Below are positions 45,263 to 55,246 of a DNA stretch of 64,000 nucleotides, piece after piece. The stretch spans positions 3,231-67,230 of the forward strand of contig CAZLCE010000006.1 of assembly GCA_964558305.1 (NCBI GenBank), read 5' to 3'. Below the pieces are notes generated by a model. That model was not told the origin of the DNA. It made no database searches and was given only the letters and a program-made list of their open reading frames with translations. Origin of the DNA: an uncultured Candidatus Bathyarchaeia archaeon (GTDB lineage: Archaea > Thermoproteota > Bathyarchaeia > Bathyarchaeales > Bathycorpusculaceae). How positions within the stretch are numbered: position 1 is the first letter of the stretch; the number at the start of each line of letters is the position of its first letter. The position numbers were made by a program, and so were the translations under genes.

Positions 45263-45823
45263 TTGTTTTTTGATTTTTTTAGAGTGACGAAAATGCAGTT
45301 TATTCCATGGCGGTACATTGCAGACTGGAAATGCATTGCATGTGGTGCCTGTTGCAGACTTTACAGCGTAGTCTTGAATTTCCCTGAATGGTTTAGAATC
45401 ATCAAAAACTACGGAGTTGAACAAACGGTTTCGGGCTTGGACAAGCTATATATAAAAAGAAACACAGACGGCTCTTGTGCTTTTCTCTGTCAATTTTCAA
45501 ACATGTACCTGTGCGGACTGCAACAAATGAAGCCTAAAGCATGCAAACTTTGGCCCTTCAAAATTATCACTAGACCGGAATTTGGAAACGCAAATCGTGC
45601 AGTGTACAATTACGGCGGAAATACCTTCTTTGTTTATGCAGATTCCATGTGCAGCGGTATTAGGTATGGAAACCCCTCATGGGAATTTACCAATCGCACT
45701 CTTAAAGAGTTCATTGAAATTGCTCTGGGAGCGCGCATCGAACAGTATAAGACCACCGGAGAAATAGCTTTTCCTTCAACATATACTCTGCATAGGCGTT
45801 TTAGCGTGTATCAGAGAGTTTGA
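45263..45823 (+). CDS. YkgJ-family (UPF0153) cysteine-cluster protein
   Basis: 186 aa with the CIACGACC (CxxCGxCC) signature plus downstream Cys residues. The start may be M at 45293. Confidence 0.7.
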   Translation: MFFDFFRVTKMQFIPWRYIADWKCIACGACCRLYSVVLNFPEWFRIIKNYGVEQTVSGLDKLYIKRNTDGSCAFLCQFSNMYLCGLQQMKPKACKLWPFKIITRPEFGNANRAVYNYGGNTFFVYADSMCSGIRYGNPSWEFTNRTLKEFIEIALGARIEQYKTTGEIAFPSTYTLHRRFSVYQRV

Positions 45824-46027
45824 ACGGGGAATCTTCCATACTGCAACTCATGTAACTTAATATTTTGGTATTTGTAAACTTCAGCAATGTCGTTTAAGGA
45901 GGCTTTAATATCGCGTGCTTTGAAAATTTCGTTCCATCTTTTTCTTCAACTATGGTTTTTCCAAGTTCAAACATATAGCTTGACAGACTACAAAATTTTA
46001 CGCTTTAATGTGTTAACAAGAAATTTT

Positions 46028-46501
46028 TTAACGTGGTTTTTTGTGAGTTATAGTTTTTTCTTCTTCTAGCTCTTTGACACGTGTCTCGATGAACTCGGTG
46101 ACTTTCTCTTGGCAGTATTCCCTTTCTTCATTCTGCTTTCTCAGTTGTTCTCTGATTGTTTTTAGGATCATGTCCACGTTAAAGGGCTTCATTATGTAGG
46201 CATCTGCACCCTTATTTAGGGCTTCAATTGCGTTTTGCAATGAAGGATAGCCGGTGACCATTATTTTTCGCATTTTAGGCGTTGTGTCTCTTATTTTTGT
46301 TAGAAGTTTTGTTCCGTCCATGTCTGGAAGCCGAATGTCTATTAATGCTACATTGTATAATCTGATTTTGCTTTTTTCGATTGCTTGTTTTCCATTTTTC
46401 GCAGTGTCAACATCAAATCCTTCTTCTTTCAGTATTGTTGCAAGAACTTTTCTTATGCTTTCGTCGTCGTCGACAACAAGGATTCGGGCACGTTCACCCA
46501 T
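46028..46501 (-). CDS. CheY-like response regulator, receiver domain only
   Basis: 157 aa. ILVVDDDE, phospho-acceptor LIDIRLPDMDG, and VTGY..K motifs. No output domain. Confidence 0.9.
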   Translation of the reverse strand: MGERARILVVDDDESIRKVLATILKEEGFDVDTAKNGKQAIEKSKIRLYNVALIDIRLPDMDGTKLLTKIRDTTPKMRKIMVTGYPSLQNAIEALNKGADAYIMKPFNVDMILKTIREQLRKQNEEREYCQEKVTEFIETRVKELEEEKTITHKKPR

Positions 46502-48531
46502 ACTTTTTCACCTCCTTCTTTTACTTTAGGTCTTATGGGGATGACTAGCGTGAATGTGGTTCCTTTGCCAACGGTGCTTTCAACGGAGATGTTGCCTCCG
46601 TGGGCTTCTATGATGCGTTTGCAGATGGGCAGGCCTAACCCCATTCCCTTTGCTTTGGTTGTGAAAAATGGTGTCCAGATTTTCTCCATAACTTCTTTTG
46701 TCATACCTATTCCTGTATCAGCAAATGTGATTTCTACATTGCCGTCAGATTCTTTGCTCGTAATTGTAAGTTTGCCACCATTGGGCATCGCGTCAACTGC
46801 GTTTTTAATTAAGTTGGCAAATACTCTTTTCATCTTTTCAAAGTCTATCTTTACTTTAGGTTCGTCTTGTGTTGAGTCCAGCACTTGAACATAATCTGGA
46901 ATCTCAACCATGGATAGTGTTTCTTTTACAATTAATTTTGGGGTAGTTTCAGTCAACTCTAGCCGTATTTCTTTCGAGTATTCCATTAGATCCTTTATGA
47001 TTTCGTTTGCGTGTTCAACGTCATTTTCAATAAGCTCAAGCATTTCTTTGGTTTTCTCATCCATTTTTGGGCTCAGTTTCGTTTTTAGGTAATATGTGGC
47101 TCCTGAAATGCCTGTTAATGGGTTTCGCAGGTCATGGCCTACCATTGCTGCAACTTGTCCGATGGCTGCAAGTCTTTCAGATTTGATAAGTTGTTCTTGT
47201 GCTACTCTTAACTGTCTAGTTCTTTTCTCAACCATTTCCTCTAGGTGCTGAGAATACTCCTCCAGTTTCTTCTCCAACTTCTTCCTTTCTGTAACGTCTC
47301 TCGCAACGACTAATATACCAACGAGTTTATCATCTATTTTTATAATTGAGGATGAACATTCTAAATAAATCTCTTGGCCTTTCTTGTTTGTAATGCGTAA
47401 GCTGGTATAGCCTTCTTTGCCGCTAATGATTCTTGCAAAATTACTCAGAAGCTTTGGTATGTCTCTGAGAGAAAATACCCCCGCCTTTATGAAATGCTTT
47501 CCTAATAGTTCTTCTTTTGATCCACCAAACACCTGCACGGCTTTTTCATTAACATCAATGATTCTTCCAGACCTATCCAAATATATTAGGCTGTCATTTG
47601 CACTCTCAAAAATTTTCCTAAATCTCTCCTCGCTCTCTTGAAGCGCTTCTTCCATCCTCTTGCGCTCAGTGACATCCATAACAATGGCTAGAGCGCCAGT
47701 AAATTGCCCGTCTTTATTCCCAAGAGGTGATGCTGACACTTGAACAATGCGAGGCTTGCCATCCTTGCCATACATGACAAGTTCGTATCGGCCTAATTTT
47801 CCTCTTTTTCTGTTCTCTGTCTGCCTTCTGATTTCCTTGAAGTTTTTTTCGTCGACAAGTTTTCGCAAGTTAACGTGTATAAGTTCATTTTCCTTGTAAC
47901 CCAACATGTCAGCAAATGCTTTGTTTACAAAAGTCAGATTATCATTTGAATCCACTATTGTTATTCCTTCCATAGCTGTCTTCAGCAACATCTCAAGTTT
48001 TCTGTTAGTTTCTTCCAATATTTTTTCCATCGACACACGTTCTGTAATGTCGCGTACAATTCCAAGGGTTCCAACAGTTTTTCCATTAATAATTAACGGT
48101 CTAGAAGTTACTTCAGTTAAAACTATTTTGTTGGTAGCTGTTTTTAGCTCCAATTCAAGTCTAATTTCCTTTCCTCTAATCACGTCCAGAAAACCCTTAA
48201 CTGCCTTGGGCAAGCTTTTGAGGGGAATAATTTTTCTGAAAGATTTTCCAATGAAATGTTCGCGTTTAAAACCTGTCAGTTCTTCTGCTTTGCGGTTAAC
48301 AGCCAAAAAGTTTCCATGCATGTCAAGAACGTAAATCGCATCGCTGGCATTTTCAAATAAACATTTGAAAGCGTCAGCAAAAGATCTGTTTAAAGAAAAA
48401 AACTCGACTAACCTTTCATCGGCATTTTCCAAAATTAAGTCAGCTCCCTTCTGTTCTCTAATGTGAGTCCTCTTGAACCATGATTGAGCAATGATGATTC
48501 CTCTAAAGCATATTCCAAGAAACACTTTCAA
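46453..48531 (-). CDS. Multi-PAS sensor histidine kinase
   Basis: 692 aa with about four PAS repeats (each ending ..DITERK/V..). HisKA H-box VGHDLRNPL. HATPase N-box NLIKNAVDA and G-boxes DTGIGM and GMGLGL. No clear TM segments. Its 3' end overlaps the response-regulator start by 49 nt. Confidence 0.9.
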   Translation of the reverse strand: MKVFLGICFRGIIIAQSWFKRTHIREQKGADLILENADERLVEFFSLNRSFADAFKCLFENASDAIYVLDMHGNFLAVNRKAEELTGFKREHFIGKSFRKIIPLKSLPKAVKGFLDVIRGKEIRLELELKTATNKIVLTEVTSRPLIINGKTVGTLGIVRDITERVSMEKILEETNRKLEMLLKTAMEGITIVDSNDNLTFVNKAFADMLGYKENELIHVNLRKLVDEKNFKEIRRQTENRKRGKLGRYELVMYGKDGKPRIVQVSASPLGNKDGQFTGALAIVMDVTERKRMEEALQESEERFRKIFESANDSLIYLDRSGRIIDVNEKAVQVFGGSKEELLGKHFIKAGVFSLRDIPKLLSNFARIISGKEGYTSLRITNKKGQEIYLECSSSIIKIDDKLVGILVVARDVTERKKLEKKLEEYSQHLEEMVEKRTRQLRVAQEQLIKSERLAAIGQVAAMVGHDLRNPLTGISGATYYLKTKLSPKMDEKTKEMLELIENDVEHANEIIKDLMEYSKEIRLELTETTPKLIVKETLSMVEIPDYVQVLDSTQDEPKVKIDFEKMKRVFANLIKNAVDAMPNGGKLTITSKESDGNVEITFADTGIGMTKEVMEKIWTPFFTTKAKGMGLGLPICKRIIEAHGGNISVESTVGKGTTFTLVIPIRPKVKEGGEKVWVNVPESLLSTTTKA

Positions 48532-48727
48532 GAAACGGTTTATAAATCGCTTATGAAATGTAGATGTGAATTTTTATGATTGCTGCCTCCAAACGAAAAT
48601 CCGAGTCAGAATAATCCACCATCAGTTTTGTTTAACAAAGGAAATTTTCATTTGTTCAACAAATCAGGTTATAAGCCAGAATTTAGAAAGGATAAAGTTC
48701 ATGTTCATGCATCGCTGGGATTAGCCT

Positions 48728-49510
48728 ATGGATAAGCCTGAAATCGGTTTGTCTATGCTTTACTGTTTAGGCGAACCTTTCAAGAACATCACCGAGCGCC
48801 TTATCAACGCAGAAACAGCTTACATAGAAATTATTGACGATGGGTTTCACGCATTAAACAAGCAGAGAGTTTCAATTCTGAAAAACATAGGAAGATCATA
48901 TGATTTAAAATACTCTGTGCATGCGCCATTTGCAGACATAAACATTGCTTCACCGTCAAAGCCAATTTTGAAAGCAGTGCTCAAAAGACTTGAAAAATCA
49001 ATCACATACACAAATGATTTAGACGCGTATATGTGGGTTTTTCATCCAGGATTAAAAACTGGCATCAGCATGTTTTACCCAGGCATGGACCTGCTTCAAA
49101 ACCTAAAAACCGCACGCTTACTGTTCAAAATTGCAAATGATCACAGTGTAAAAATAGCCATAGAAAACGTGCCAGAACCATACCCTTTTTTAATGAAAAG
49201 CGTTGAAGATTTTACAAAATTTTATAGTGAATTTAACGAAAACATGAATTTGGTTTTGGACATTGGACATGCAAACATTAACGGACAGACTGAACGTTTT
49301 CTGACCACTTTTGCAGACAAGATCGCGCATATTCATGCACACGACAATGATGGGAAAGATGATCAGCATTTGGGCATAGGCTACGGCACAGTTGACTGGA
49401 AGAACATTGCTAACCTGCTGAAAAAAATATCTTACAACAAAGTAATAGTCATCGAATCTGTTGAGCACATCAAAGAAAGCGTACAGAGGGCAAAACAGTT
49501 ATTCACCTAA
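48728..49510 (+). CDS. Xylose-isomerase-like TIM-barrel protein (sugar phosphate isomerase/epimerase or AP-endonuclease-2 family)
   Basis: 260 aa. YSVHAPF, IAIEN, LDIGHAN, HIHAHDN metal-ligand pattern. Confidence 0.8.
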   Translation: MDKPEIGLSMLYCLGEPFKNITERLINAETAYIEIIDDGFHALNKQRVSILKNIGRSYDLKYSVHAPFADINIASPSKPILKAVLKRLEKSITYTNDLDAYMWVFHPGLKTGISMFYPGMDLLQNLKTARLLFKIANDHSVKIAIENVPEPYPFLMKSVEDFTKFYSEFNENMNLVLDIGHANINGQTERFLTTFADKIAHIHAHDNDGKDDQHLGIGYGTVDWKNIANLLKKISYNKVIVIESVEHIKESVQRAKQLFT

Positions 49511-49518
49511 TATATTTC

Positions 49519-50442
49519 CTATTTACTGCGAAGCGGAATCTCTATTTTCATGAAGTCCTCTGCCACTTGCGTGTTTTTGAAAATTTTTCGTGCCTGCTTC
49601 AAAAGTGTGCTAGTGTCGTCATATCTTGCACTAACATGCGTGAGAATCAGCCTTTTCACTTTCGCCTTCTTGGCGTTTTCAGCCGCTTGTCTTGGAGTCG
49701 AATGCCCGTCCTCTTCTGCTCTTTCACTCAGCTCCTCATCCAAAGTGGCGTCATGAACGAGCAAGTCTGCATCAACCGCAAACTCCACAAAGCCCTTAAA
49801 CGGTCTCGTGTCGCCCGTATAAACAATCTTTCTTCCTGGCCTAGGAGATCCTGTAACATCCTCGGGCTTTACGACGCGACCTTTTGGGAGCTTAATCTTA
49901 TGTCCATGCTGAAGTTTTGACCATAAGGGACCTTCTGGAACACCTAAGGCTTTGGCTTTTTCTGGATAAAACTTTCCTGGACGTGGCTTTTCTACAAATG
50001 CATATGCTAAGCTTGGGATCACATGATTTGCCCAAACTGCTTGAACAATGTACTCTTCTTCTTCGCAGATAACGCCGGCATTTTCAATTTCGTGAATTTC
50101 AACTGGAAAGGTTAAGACAAACTGAACCGTTTCCCTAATACCTTCTATGAAACGATTCATTCCCGGCGGTCCGTAAACCTCAAGCTTCTTTTCCCTGTCC
50201 AGCAGAGCCATGGTTTGCAGTAGCCCTGGCAGGCCTAGAACATGGTCGCCATGCATGTGCGAGATAAAAACTTTCATTTTTCTATGGAAACCAGTTTTAG
50301 CCTTTATCATTTGCCTCTGTACGCCTTCGCCGCAATCGAACATTATTTGCTCGCCTTTGCGATGGATAAGTATGGCTGGCAAGCTTCTTTTTGTCGTTGG
50401 AACACTTCCAGCCGTGCCTAGGAAAGTTACACGAAGGCTCAT
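49519..50442 (-). CDS. rnz: Ribonuclease Z (tRNA 3' endonuclease)
   Basis: 307 aa. LGTAGSVP, FDCGEG, SHMHGDHVLGLPGLL (HxHxDH), C-terminal LTHVSARY. Confidence 0.9.
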   Translation of the reverse strand: MSLRVTFLGTAGSVPTTKRSLPAILIHRKGEQIMFDCGEGVQRQMIKAKTGFHRKMKVFISHMHGDHVLGLPGLLQTMALLDREKKLEVYGPPGMNRFIEGIRETVQFVLTFPVEIHEIENAGVICEEEEYIVQAVWANHVIPSLAYAFVEKPRPGKFYPEKAKALGVPEGPLWSKLQHGHKIKLPKGRVVKPEDVTGSPRPGRKIVYTGDTRPFKGFVEFAVDADLLVHDATLDEELSERAEEDGHSTPRQAAENAKKAKVKRLILTHVSARYDDTSTLLKQARKIFKNTQVAEDFMKIEIPLRSK

Positions 50443-50448
50443 ATGGTT

Positions 50449-51486
50449 CTACACCTTTTCAAACACAGCTATTTCTCTTGTTAGGCTTCGGTGAACATAA
50501 ACAAAATGGGACTCTATATGTTTATAACCTAAAACTGTGCCTATGCGTCCGACGCTTAATGTTTTCGGTGCAGCCATGCAGATTCTCTGTCCTTCACCGA
50601 GCATGTCACGAACAGCCATTAAAACTTCTTCAACTATCTGCTTCGTAGTTCGCTTCAAAGTCGTTGCAGATCTACCATAAGGCGGATCAGCCACGACGCA
50701 ATCAACCCTAGTTATTGGTGGGTTTCGCGCATCCGCAACCACGACCCCTTCAGGCTTAATGTTAAAATAAGTGAAGTTTCTGAGGCTTCCCCTTATCATG
50801 CGCCGCTGAACATCCAAGCCTAAGACACGACAGCCAATAAGCGAAGCCTCGATAAGTATGCTTCCAGTTCCGCAGAAGGGATCAAAAACCAATTCGCCAG
50901 CTTTAGTTTTGGCTAAGTTAACCATGCACCTTGAAAGTTTCGCTGGCATAGCCGACGGATGGAAAAACGGCTTTTTCCTTGGGCGTCTCTCAACAAAAGG
51001 TTTAGGCGGAATCTCTGCAAGCTTTACGCCAAAAATAAGCTTTTCACTTGTTAAGATGCCCATGAAAACTTTATTTGGATTTTTCAAGTTCACCTTTGCC
51101 TTTTTTGTCTCGTTTATTATTAATTCGCCCAATTTTCTCTCCAGAACCATTCCATCGATTTTTGAAGCATAACTCTTTACACGCTTTACGCGAACCGCAA
51201 AGCTCTCACCGTCTTTTAGAAATTCTTTTAGGTTCATAGAGCGCATTTCTCTCACTATCTTGGACGTTTCTGCTTCGCAATTGAACAGTTCTAACCCGCA
51301 AAGTCTTGTGAATGCTGCTCTGCGTTTTATGGCTTCTATGCAGTTTAATTCTGCTTCAAGCCTTAACGCTTGGTCAAGTTTCTCCAACGTTTTAAAGGCG
51401 TAGCCTTCTGCTTCAAGTATAGTCTTCAATTCAGAGACTGGTAAAGTTTCATGTTCACCAGAGAGCAGAAAGAAAATTTTAGCCAC
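50449..51486 (-). CDS. THUMP-domain tRNA (guanine(10)-N2)-methyltransferase (Trm-G10/Trm11-like)
   Basis: 345 aa. N-terminal THUMP-like region, SAM motif I DPFCGTGSILIEA, and catalytic VADPPYG. Confidence 0.8.
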   Translation of the reverse strand: MAKIFFLLSGEHETLPVSELKTILEAEGYAFKTLEKLDQALRLEAELNCIEAIKRRAAFTRLCGLELFNCEAETSKIVREMRSMNLKEFLKDGESFAVRVKRVKSYASKIDGMVLERKLGELIINETKKAKVNLKNPNKVFMGILTSEKLIFGVKLAEIPPKPFVERRPRKKPFFHPSAMPAKLSRCMVNLAKTKAGELVFDPFCGTGSILIEASLIGCRVLGLDVQRRMIRGSLRNFTYFNIKPEGVVVADARNPPITRVDCVVADPPYGRSATTLKRTTKQIVEEVLMAVRDMLGEGQRICMAAPKTLSVGRIGTVLGYKHIESHFVYVHRSLTREIAVFEKV

Positions 51487-52363
51487 TTTTACGCTCCTTT
51501 AATGTCTTACTTATTAATGGTGCGAGGGAAACTTTGCTCACATGACTTTCAACGCTGTCAGTGCCTACAATTTCTTTCACTCCAGCCTCTATTATGCGCT
51601 TTTCTGCGTCTCCGATTAGAAGCGGATGAACGCAAGCAGCATACATCTTTTCAGCTTGAAGTTCCTTCAGAACTTTAGCTGCAGCAACTATTGTGCCACC
51701 AGTGCTAATTATGTCATCAAAAATTATCACAGTTTTTCCCTTTGCATCAAATGTTTTTCTTTCAACGCTCACCTGTCCAGTGTAGCGGTCTCGATGCTTC
51801 TCCAAATAGCCACATTCTCCACCCAAAACTGTCTTCGCTTCTTCAACAATGTGCATCGCGCCTTTGTCTGGCGCAAGCGCAAAAGCCTTCTCAAAACCTT
51901 TCTTTTTAAAATACTCAGCAAGCAACGGAATTGCAGAGACTGTCTTTGCCGGAAATGAAAACTCCATTAACACTTTTTCTTGATGCACATTCACGGTTAT
52001 TAAGTCATTAATCCCAGCAGCCTTCAGCATACGTGCAATTGCTTGAATGCTTATGGCTTCGCCTTGCAGAAAAGCCTTGTCTTGGCGTGCATAAGCCAGA
52101 TAGGGCACGACTGCCGTTACTTTTTTGGCTTTGTTTCTTTTTGCTGCATCTGCAATCAAAGCTAATTGTATAAGCCTAGTGTCCTGCGGCGGGCTTGTGG
52201 TCTGTATAATGACTGCTTCTTCATTTTTCACTTTGCCTTCTAACCGTACGTATGATTCTCCATCTGGAAAATTTTTGAAAGCTACTGGCACTGTTTCCGC
52301 ATTTAGAAGTTCAGCCACTTTTTCGCCTAGCTGTTTAGAGGCTGGTCCAAGAACTATTTTCAT
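51479..52363 (-). CDS. prs: Ribose-phosphate pyrophosphokinase
   Basis: 294 aa. FPDGESYVRL, and the PRPP-binding loop VIIFDDIISTGGT. Confidence 0.9.
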   Translation of the reverse strand: MKIVLGPASKQLGEKVAELLNAETVPVAFKNFPDGESYVRLEGKVKNEEAVIIQTTSPPQDTRLIQLALIADAAKRNKAKKVTAVVPYLAYARQDKAFLQGEAISIQAIARMLKAAGINDLITVNVHQEKVLMEFSFPAKTVSAIPLLAEYFKKKGFEKAFALAPDKGAMHIVEEAKTVLGGECGYLEKHRDRYTGQVSVERKTFDAKGKTVIIFDDIISTGGTIVAAAKVLKELQAEKMYAACVHPLLIGDAEKRIIEAGVKEIVGTDSVESHVSKVSLAPLISKTLKERKSG

Positions 52364-52393
52364 CCTAGTTTTCCCACGTTTAAATTCAACCTA

Positions 52394-53677
52394 TCATCTT
52401 TTAGATTTTTCCAGCGACTTGTACTGTTCTATTAGTTCTTTTGCCCTGTCCATGCGGATTTTGCGTTCTTCAACCATCTTTTCAGCCACCAAATCTATCA
52501 GCTCACCTGTTGCTCCTGCTGCCACAGCAATGTTTCTAGCGTGAAGCGACATATGCCCACGTTGGATGCCCTCATGTGCTAATGCGCGTAAAGCTCCAAG
52601 ATTTTGAGCTAAGCCGACAGCAGCCAGAACCTCTTCAAACTCGTTGGCGGTTTTTACGCCTAGGATTTTTATGCTTATTTTTGCTATTGGATGAGTGCGA
52701 ACGGCTCCGCCGATTAGGCCTACGGCCATTGGCAACTCGATTGAGCCTACGAGGTCTCCGTTTGTGTTTTTCTCCCATGTTGAAAGTGTTGTATATTGCC
52801 CGTTTCTTGCTGCGTAGGCGTGGGCTCCTGCTTCGATTGCGCGGTGGTCGTTGCATGTTGCGATTATGACGGCTATTATGCCGTTTAAAATTCCCTTATT
52901 ATGCGTCGCCGCCCGATATGGATCTGCAGCCGCAAAAGCAGAAGCGTTCACAATGCCGTCTACGACCTCTTCTCCGCCGATCGCCTCTTTAGGCACGATG
53001 CACAATGCTCTTGCCAAGCGTTTCGTAGCCAAATTAGAAATTATCCGCAAGTACACACGTCCGCCTGTTATGCGCTCTATCGTTGGAGCAACAGCTTCAG
53101 CCATAGTGTTAACAGCGTTAGCGCCCATGGCGTCGCGGCAGTCAACATGCAATTCCGTGATTAGCATTGGTCCTTGTGTTGTATGAATTATTTTTGCGTC
53201 TAGGTCTTTTGCTCCGCCACCAGCTGAAATAAGCACTGGATCTTGGTCGTTCGCCTTCTTCAGAATTTCTTCTTTTGCCTGTATAACTCGCATCCTAGCC
53301 GCATACGGATCCTTTATGCCCACTGCTTGTATTTGCCCAATCATTATGGGCAGCGTGCTGCTTGTGTAGAAGCCTCCACCATCACGCACCATCTTCGCTG
53401 CATAGCTGGCAGCGGCAACCACAGAAGGCTCCTCGATAGCCATAGGAATTAAATAGTCACGCTTGTTTATCTGGAAGTTTACAGCGATGCCAAAAGGTAT
53501 TGGAATGGCACCAACAACGTTTTCAATCATACGATCAGCCAAATCCAAAGACAAAGAACCAGAATTCTGAAGCAAATCGCACTCTTCATCTGATAGATTG
53601 GCGAATTTCTTAACAAACTCTAAACGCTTCTTAGGGCTGAGCTTATAGAAACCCGAAACTAGAGATGACTTGTCCAC
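52394..53677 (-). CDS. hmgA: Hydroxymethylglutaryl-CoA reductase, class II type
   Basis: 427 aa. The N-terminus SGFYKLSPKKRLEFV..DRMIENVVGAIPIPFGIAVNFQINKRDYLIPMAIEEPSVVAAASYAAK is collinear with the class II (Pseudomonas mevalonii MvaA-like) pattern rather than the class I archaeal/eukaryotic one. Confidence 0.9.
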   Translation of the reverse strand: MDKSSLVSGFYKLSPKKRLEFVKKFANLSDEECDLLQNSGSLSLDLADRMIENVVGAIPIPFGIAVNFQINKRDYLIPMAIEEPSVVAAASYAAKMVRDGGGFYTSSTLPIMIGQIQAVGIKDPYAARMRVIQAKEEILKKANDQDPVLISAGGGAKDLDAKIIHTTQGPMLITELHVDCRDAMGANAVNTMAEAVAPTIERITGGRVYLRIISNLATKRLARALCIVPKEAIGGEEVVDGIVNASAFAAADPYRAATHNKGILNGIIAVIIATCNDHRAIEAGAHAYAARNGQYTTLSTWEKNTNGDLVGSIELPMAVGLIGGAVRTHPIAKISIKILGVKTANEFEEVLAAVGLAQNLGALRALAHEGIQRGHMSLHARNIAVAAGATGELIDLVAEKMVEERKIRMDRAKELIEQYKSLEKSKR

Positions 53678-53867
53678 TTACTTTTCACCACAAGAGTCTA
53701 ATTATTAAATGGTAAAACATAAAAATGCTTCTAGAATTTGCGATTTTAAACGAGTCCACGTATTACGAATGAAAAAATATTTTTCGTTTCACACATAAAG
53801 ATAATTGATACATTTCAATACTTGCATCTAGAAAATCGAAAATAGAATAAAAAAGGGAAAAGGAAGA

Positions 53868-54392
53868 TTATGGCCAGTATTCTAGTTGAACTTTGAAGTT
53901 GTCTAAGATCGAATCTACGATAGCCTTCACTTCAATTGTTAATCGTGTGCAATTGCTCGGAGCCAGAGAGCCATAATAGTAACTGTTGGCATTTTTCAGA
54001 TCCACTGTGTTAAGGTATGTCCAAGTTCCTTCGACGGTGTAGTTTTCGTAAATGTGTAGCTTTGCTGTTTCAAAATACGTTACTGTAAGGGGATCTGTCA
54101 CAGTTATGTTATAGTAATATGTACTGGCTGTGTCGTTATTCTTTAGGAACAGAGCTTCTGTAAAATTCACCGCAGTATTGTTTTCCACATTTAAGCTCAC
54201 AGTTGCTGTGCCACCAACTATTGTAGCATCTGGAACGTCTGCACCTTTTACCCACATAAGTTTGATACCGCCAACAGTGATTGTTCCCTCAATGTACATA
54301 TACCTATATACTGTTGCACTCGCTGTTGCTATAAGTAAGGACGTTATCAGCAATGTTATTAGTTTTAGGCTTTTCTTATAATTTATCTTCAT
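53868..54392 (-). CDS. N-terminally anchored/secreted beta-rich protein with six N-x-S/T sequons, function unknown
   Basis: 174 aa. Hydrophobic N-terminus LKLITLLITSLLIATASA. Sequons NNT, NFT, NDT, NIT, NYT, NCT. It starts 1 nt after the upstream membrane-protein gene ends. Confidence 0.55.
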   Translation of the reverse strand: MKINYKKSLKLITLLITSLLIATASATVYRYMYIEGTITVGGIKLMWVKGADVPDATIVGGTATVSLNVENNTAVNFTEALFLKNNDTASTYYYNITVTDPLTVTYFETAKLHIYENYTVEGTWTYLNTVDLKNANSYYYGSLAPSNCTRLTIEVKAIVDSILDNFKVQLEYWP

Positions 54393-54393
54393 C

Positions 54394-55098
54394 TTATTGT
54401 TTCACCTCCTTCTTCCTTCTTTTTCTTTCTTTCAGCGTATCTATCCATATTTTTGCGAGTACGTAGACGCTTACGCCTAAGATTATGACGCAGGCTATTG
54501 CAAGACCTATGGCTGAAACTAAGAAAGTTGCCTCTCCCCACGACGGCTTAAGTAAGGCGTATATGCTTGCGCCTGTTATTGCTGTGCCTGCGCCGAGGGC
54601 TATGTACCACCATTTTGGCTTGAAGAACACGTAAGTGCCAAACCCCACCACTATAGTGTCGAAGGTTACTATGCCAATGAAGGTGGCTTCCCAAGACATC
54701 TGCGGTGTCATCACAAGCGGATGGACAGCAACCTCTGCATAGTTGGATAGGAAAAATACAGCCAAAGTTAGGGCTGGAAAAGTCACGGTGAACATGAAAA
54801 CCTTTGCGTAATTGAGCAGCTTCTTCATTATGCCAAGATACATGTTGACTGCAATTATGTTTGCCAAGGCTACGACTAGGTATAGGAGGCTGTACCAGAA
54901 GCGCATGTACTCGCCAAAGAATACGATGAACTCTTTGCTTACGAGTAACTGTCCAAAGCCCGCCAAAGCCGCTAATTGGTATATGTATGGTAGTTGCCAT
55001 GGAAAATGCCTATCCAACAAACATGTCAGCAGACTTATAGCTAGGAAAAGGTCTATGCCTAACAGTGCAAAGAACTCTGGTTGTAGTGGGGAAGGCAT
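54394..55098 (-). CDS. Polytopic membrane protein (about 7 TM) with a basic C-terminal tail, function unknown
   Basis: 234 aa, hydrophobic throughout, with C-terminus KERKRRKKEVKQ. Confidence 0.6.
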   Translation of the reverse strand: MPSPLQPEFFALLGIDLFLAISLLTCLLDRHFPWQLPYIYQLAALAGFGQLLVSKEFIVFFGEYMRFWYSLLYLVVALANIIAVNMYLGIMKKLLNYAKVFMFTVTFPALTLAVFFLSNYAEVAVHPLVMTPQMSWEATFIGIVTFDTIVVGFGTYVFFKPKWWYIALGAGTAITGASIYALLKPSWGEATFLVSAIGLAIACVIILGVSVYVLAKIWIDTLKERKRRKKEVKQ

Positions 55099-55246
55099 CT
55101 TCGTATCGCACTCGCAATGTCTGGTTTCTTTTTATTTAAGTCGTATGAATTCGGAATCGTAATCCGAATTCTACATATGTTAAGGAGAGAATTAGAGATA
55201 AATCTTCTGTCGTAATATACGATACACACAATTCTACAAGAATAGA

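Noticed and set aside
45887-46069. A 60-aa plus-strand ORF in the gap between the YkgJ-like gene and the response regulator. Short minus-strand ORF fragments are also present there.
   Set aside because: The translation is Phe/Leu-rich and low-complexity, and it overlaps the response-regulator 3' end. The minus-strand fragments lack start codons.
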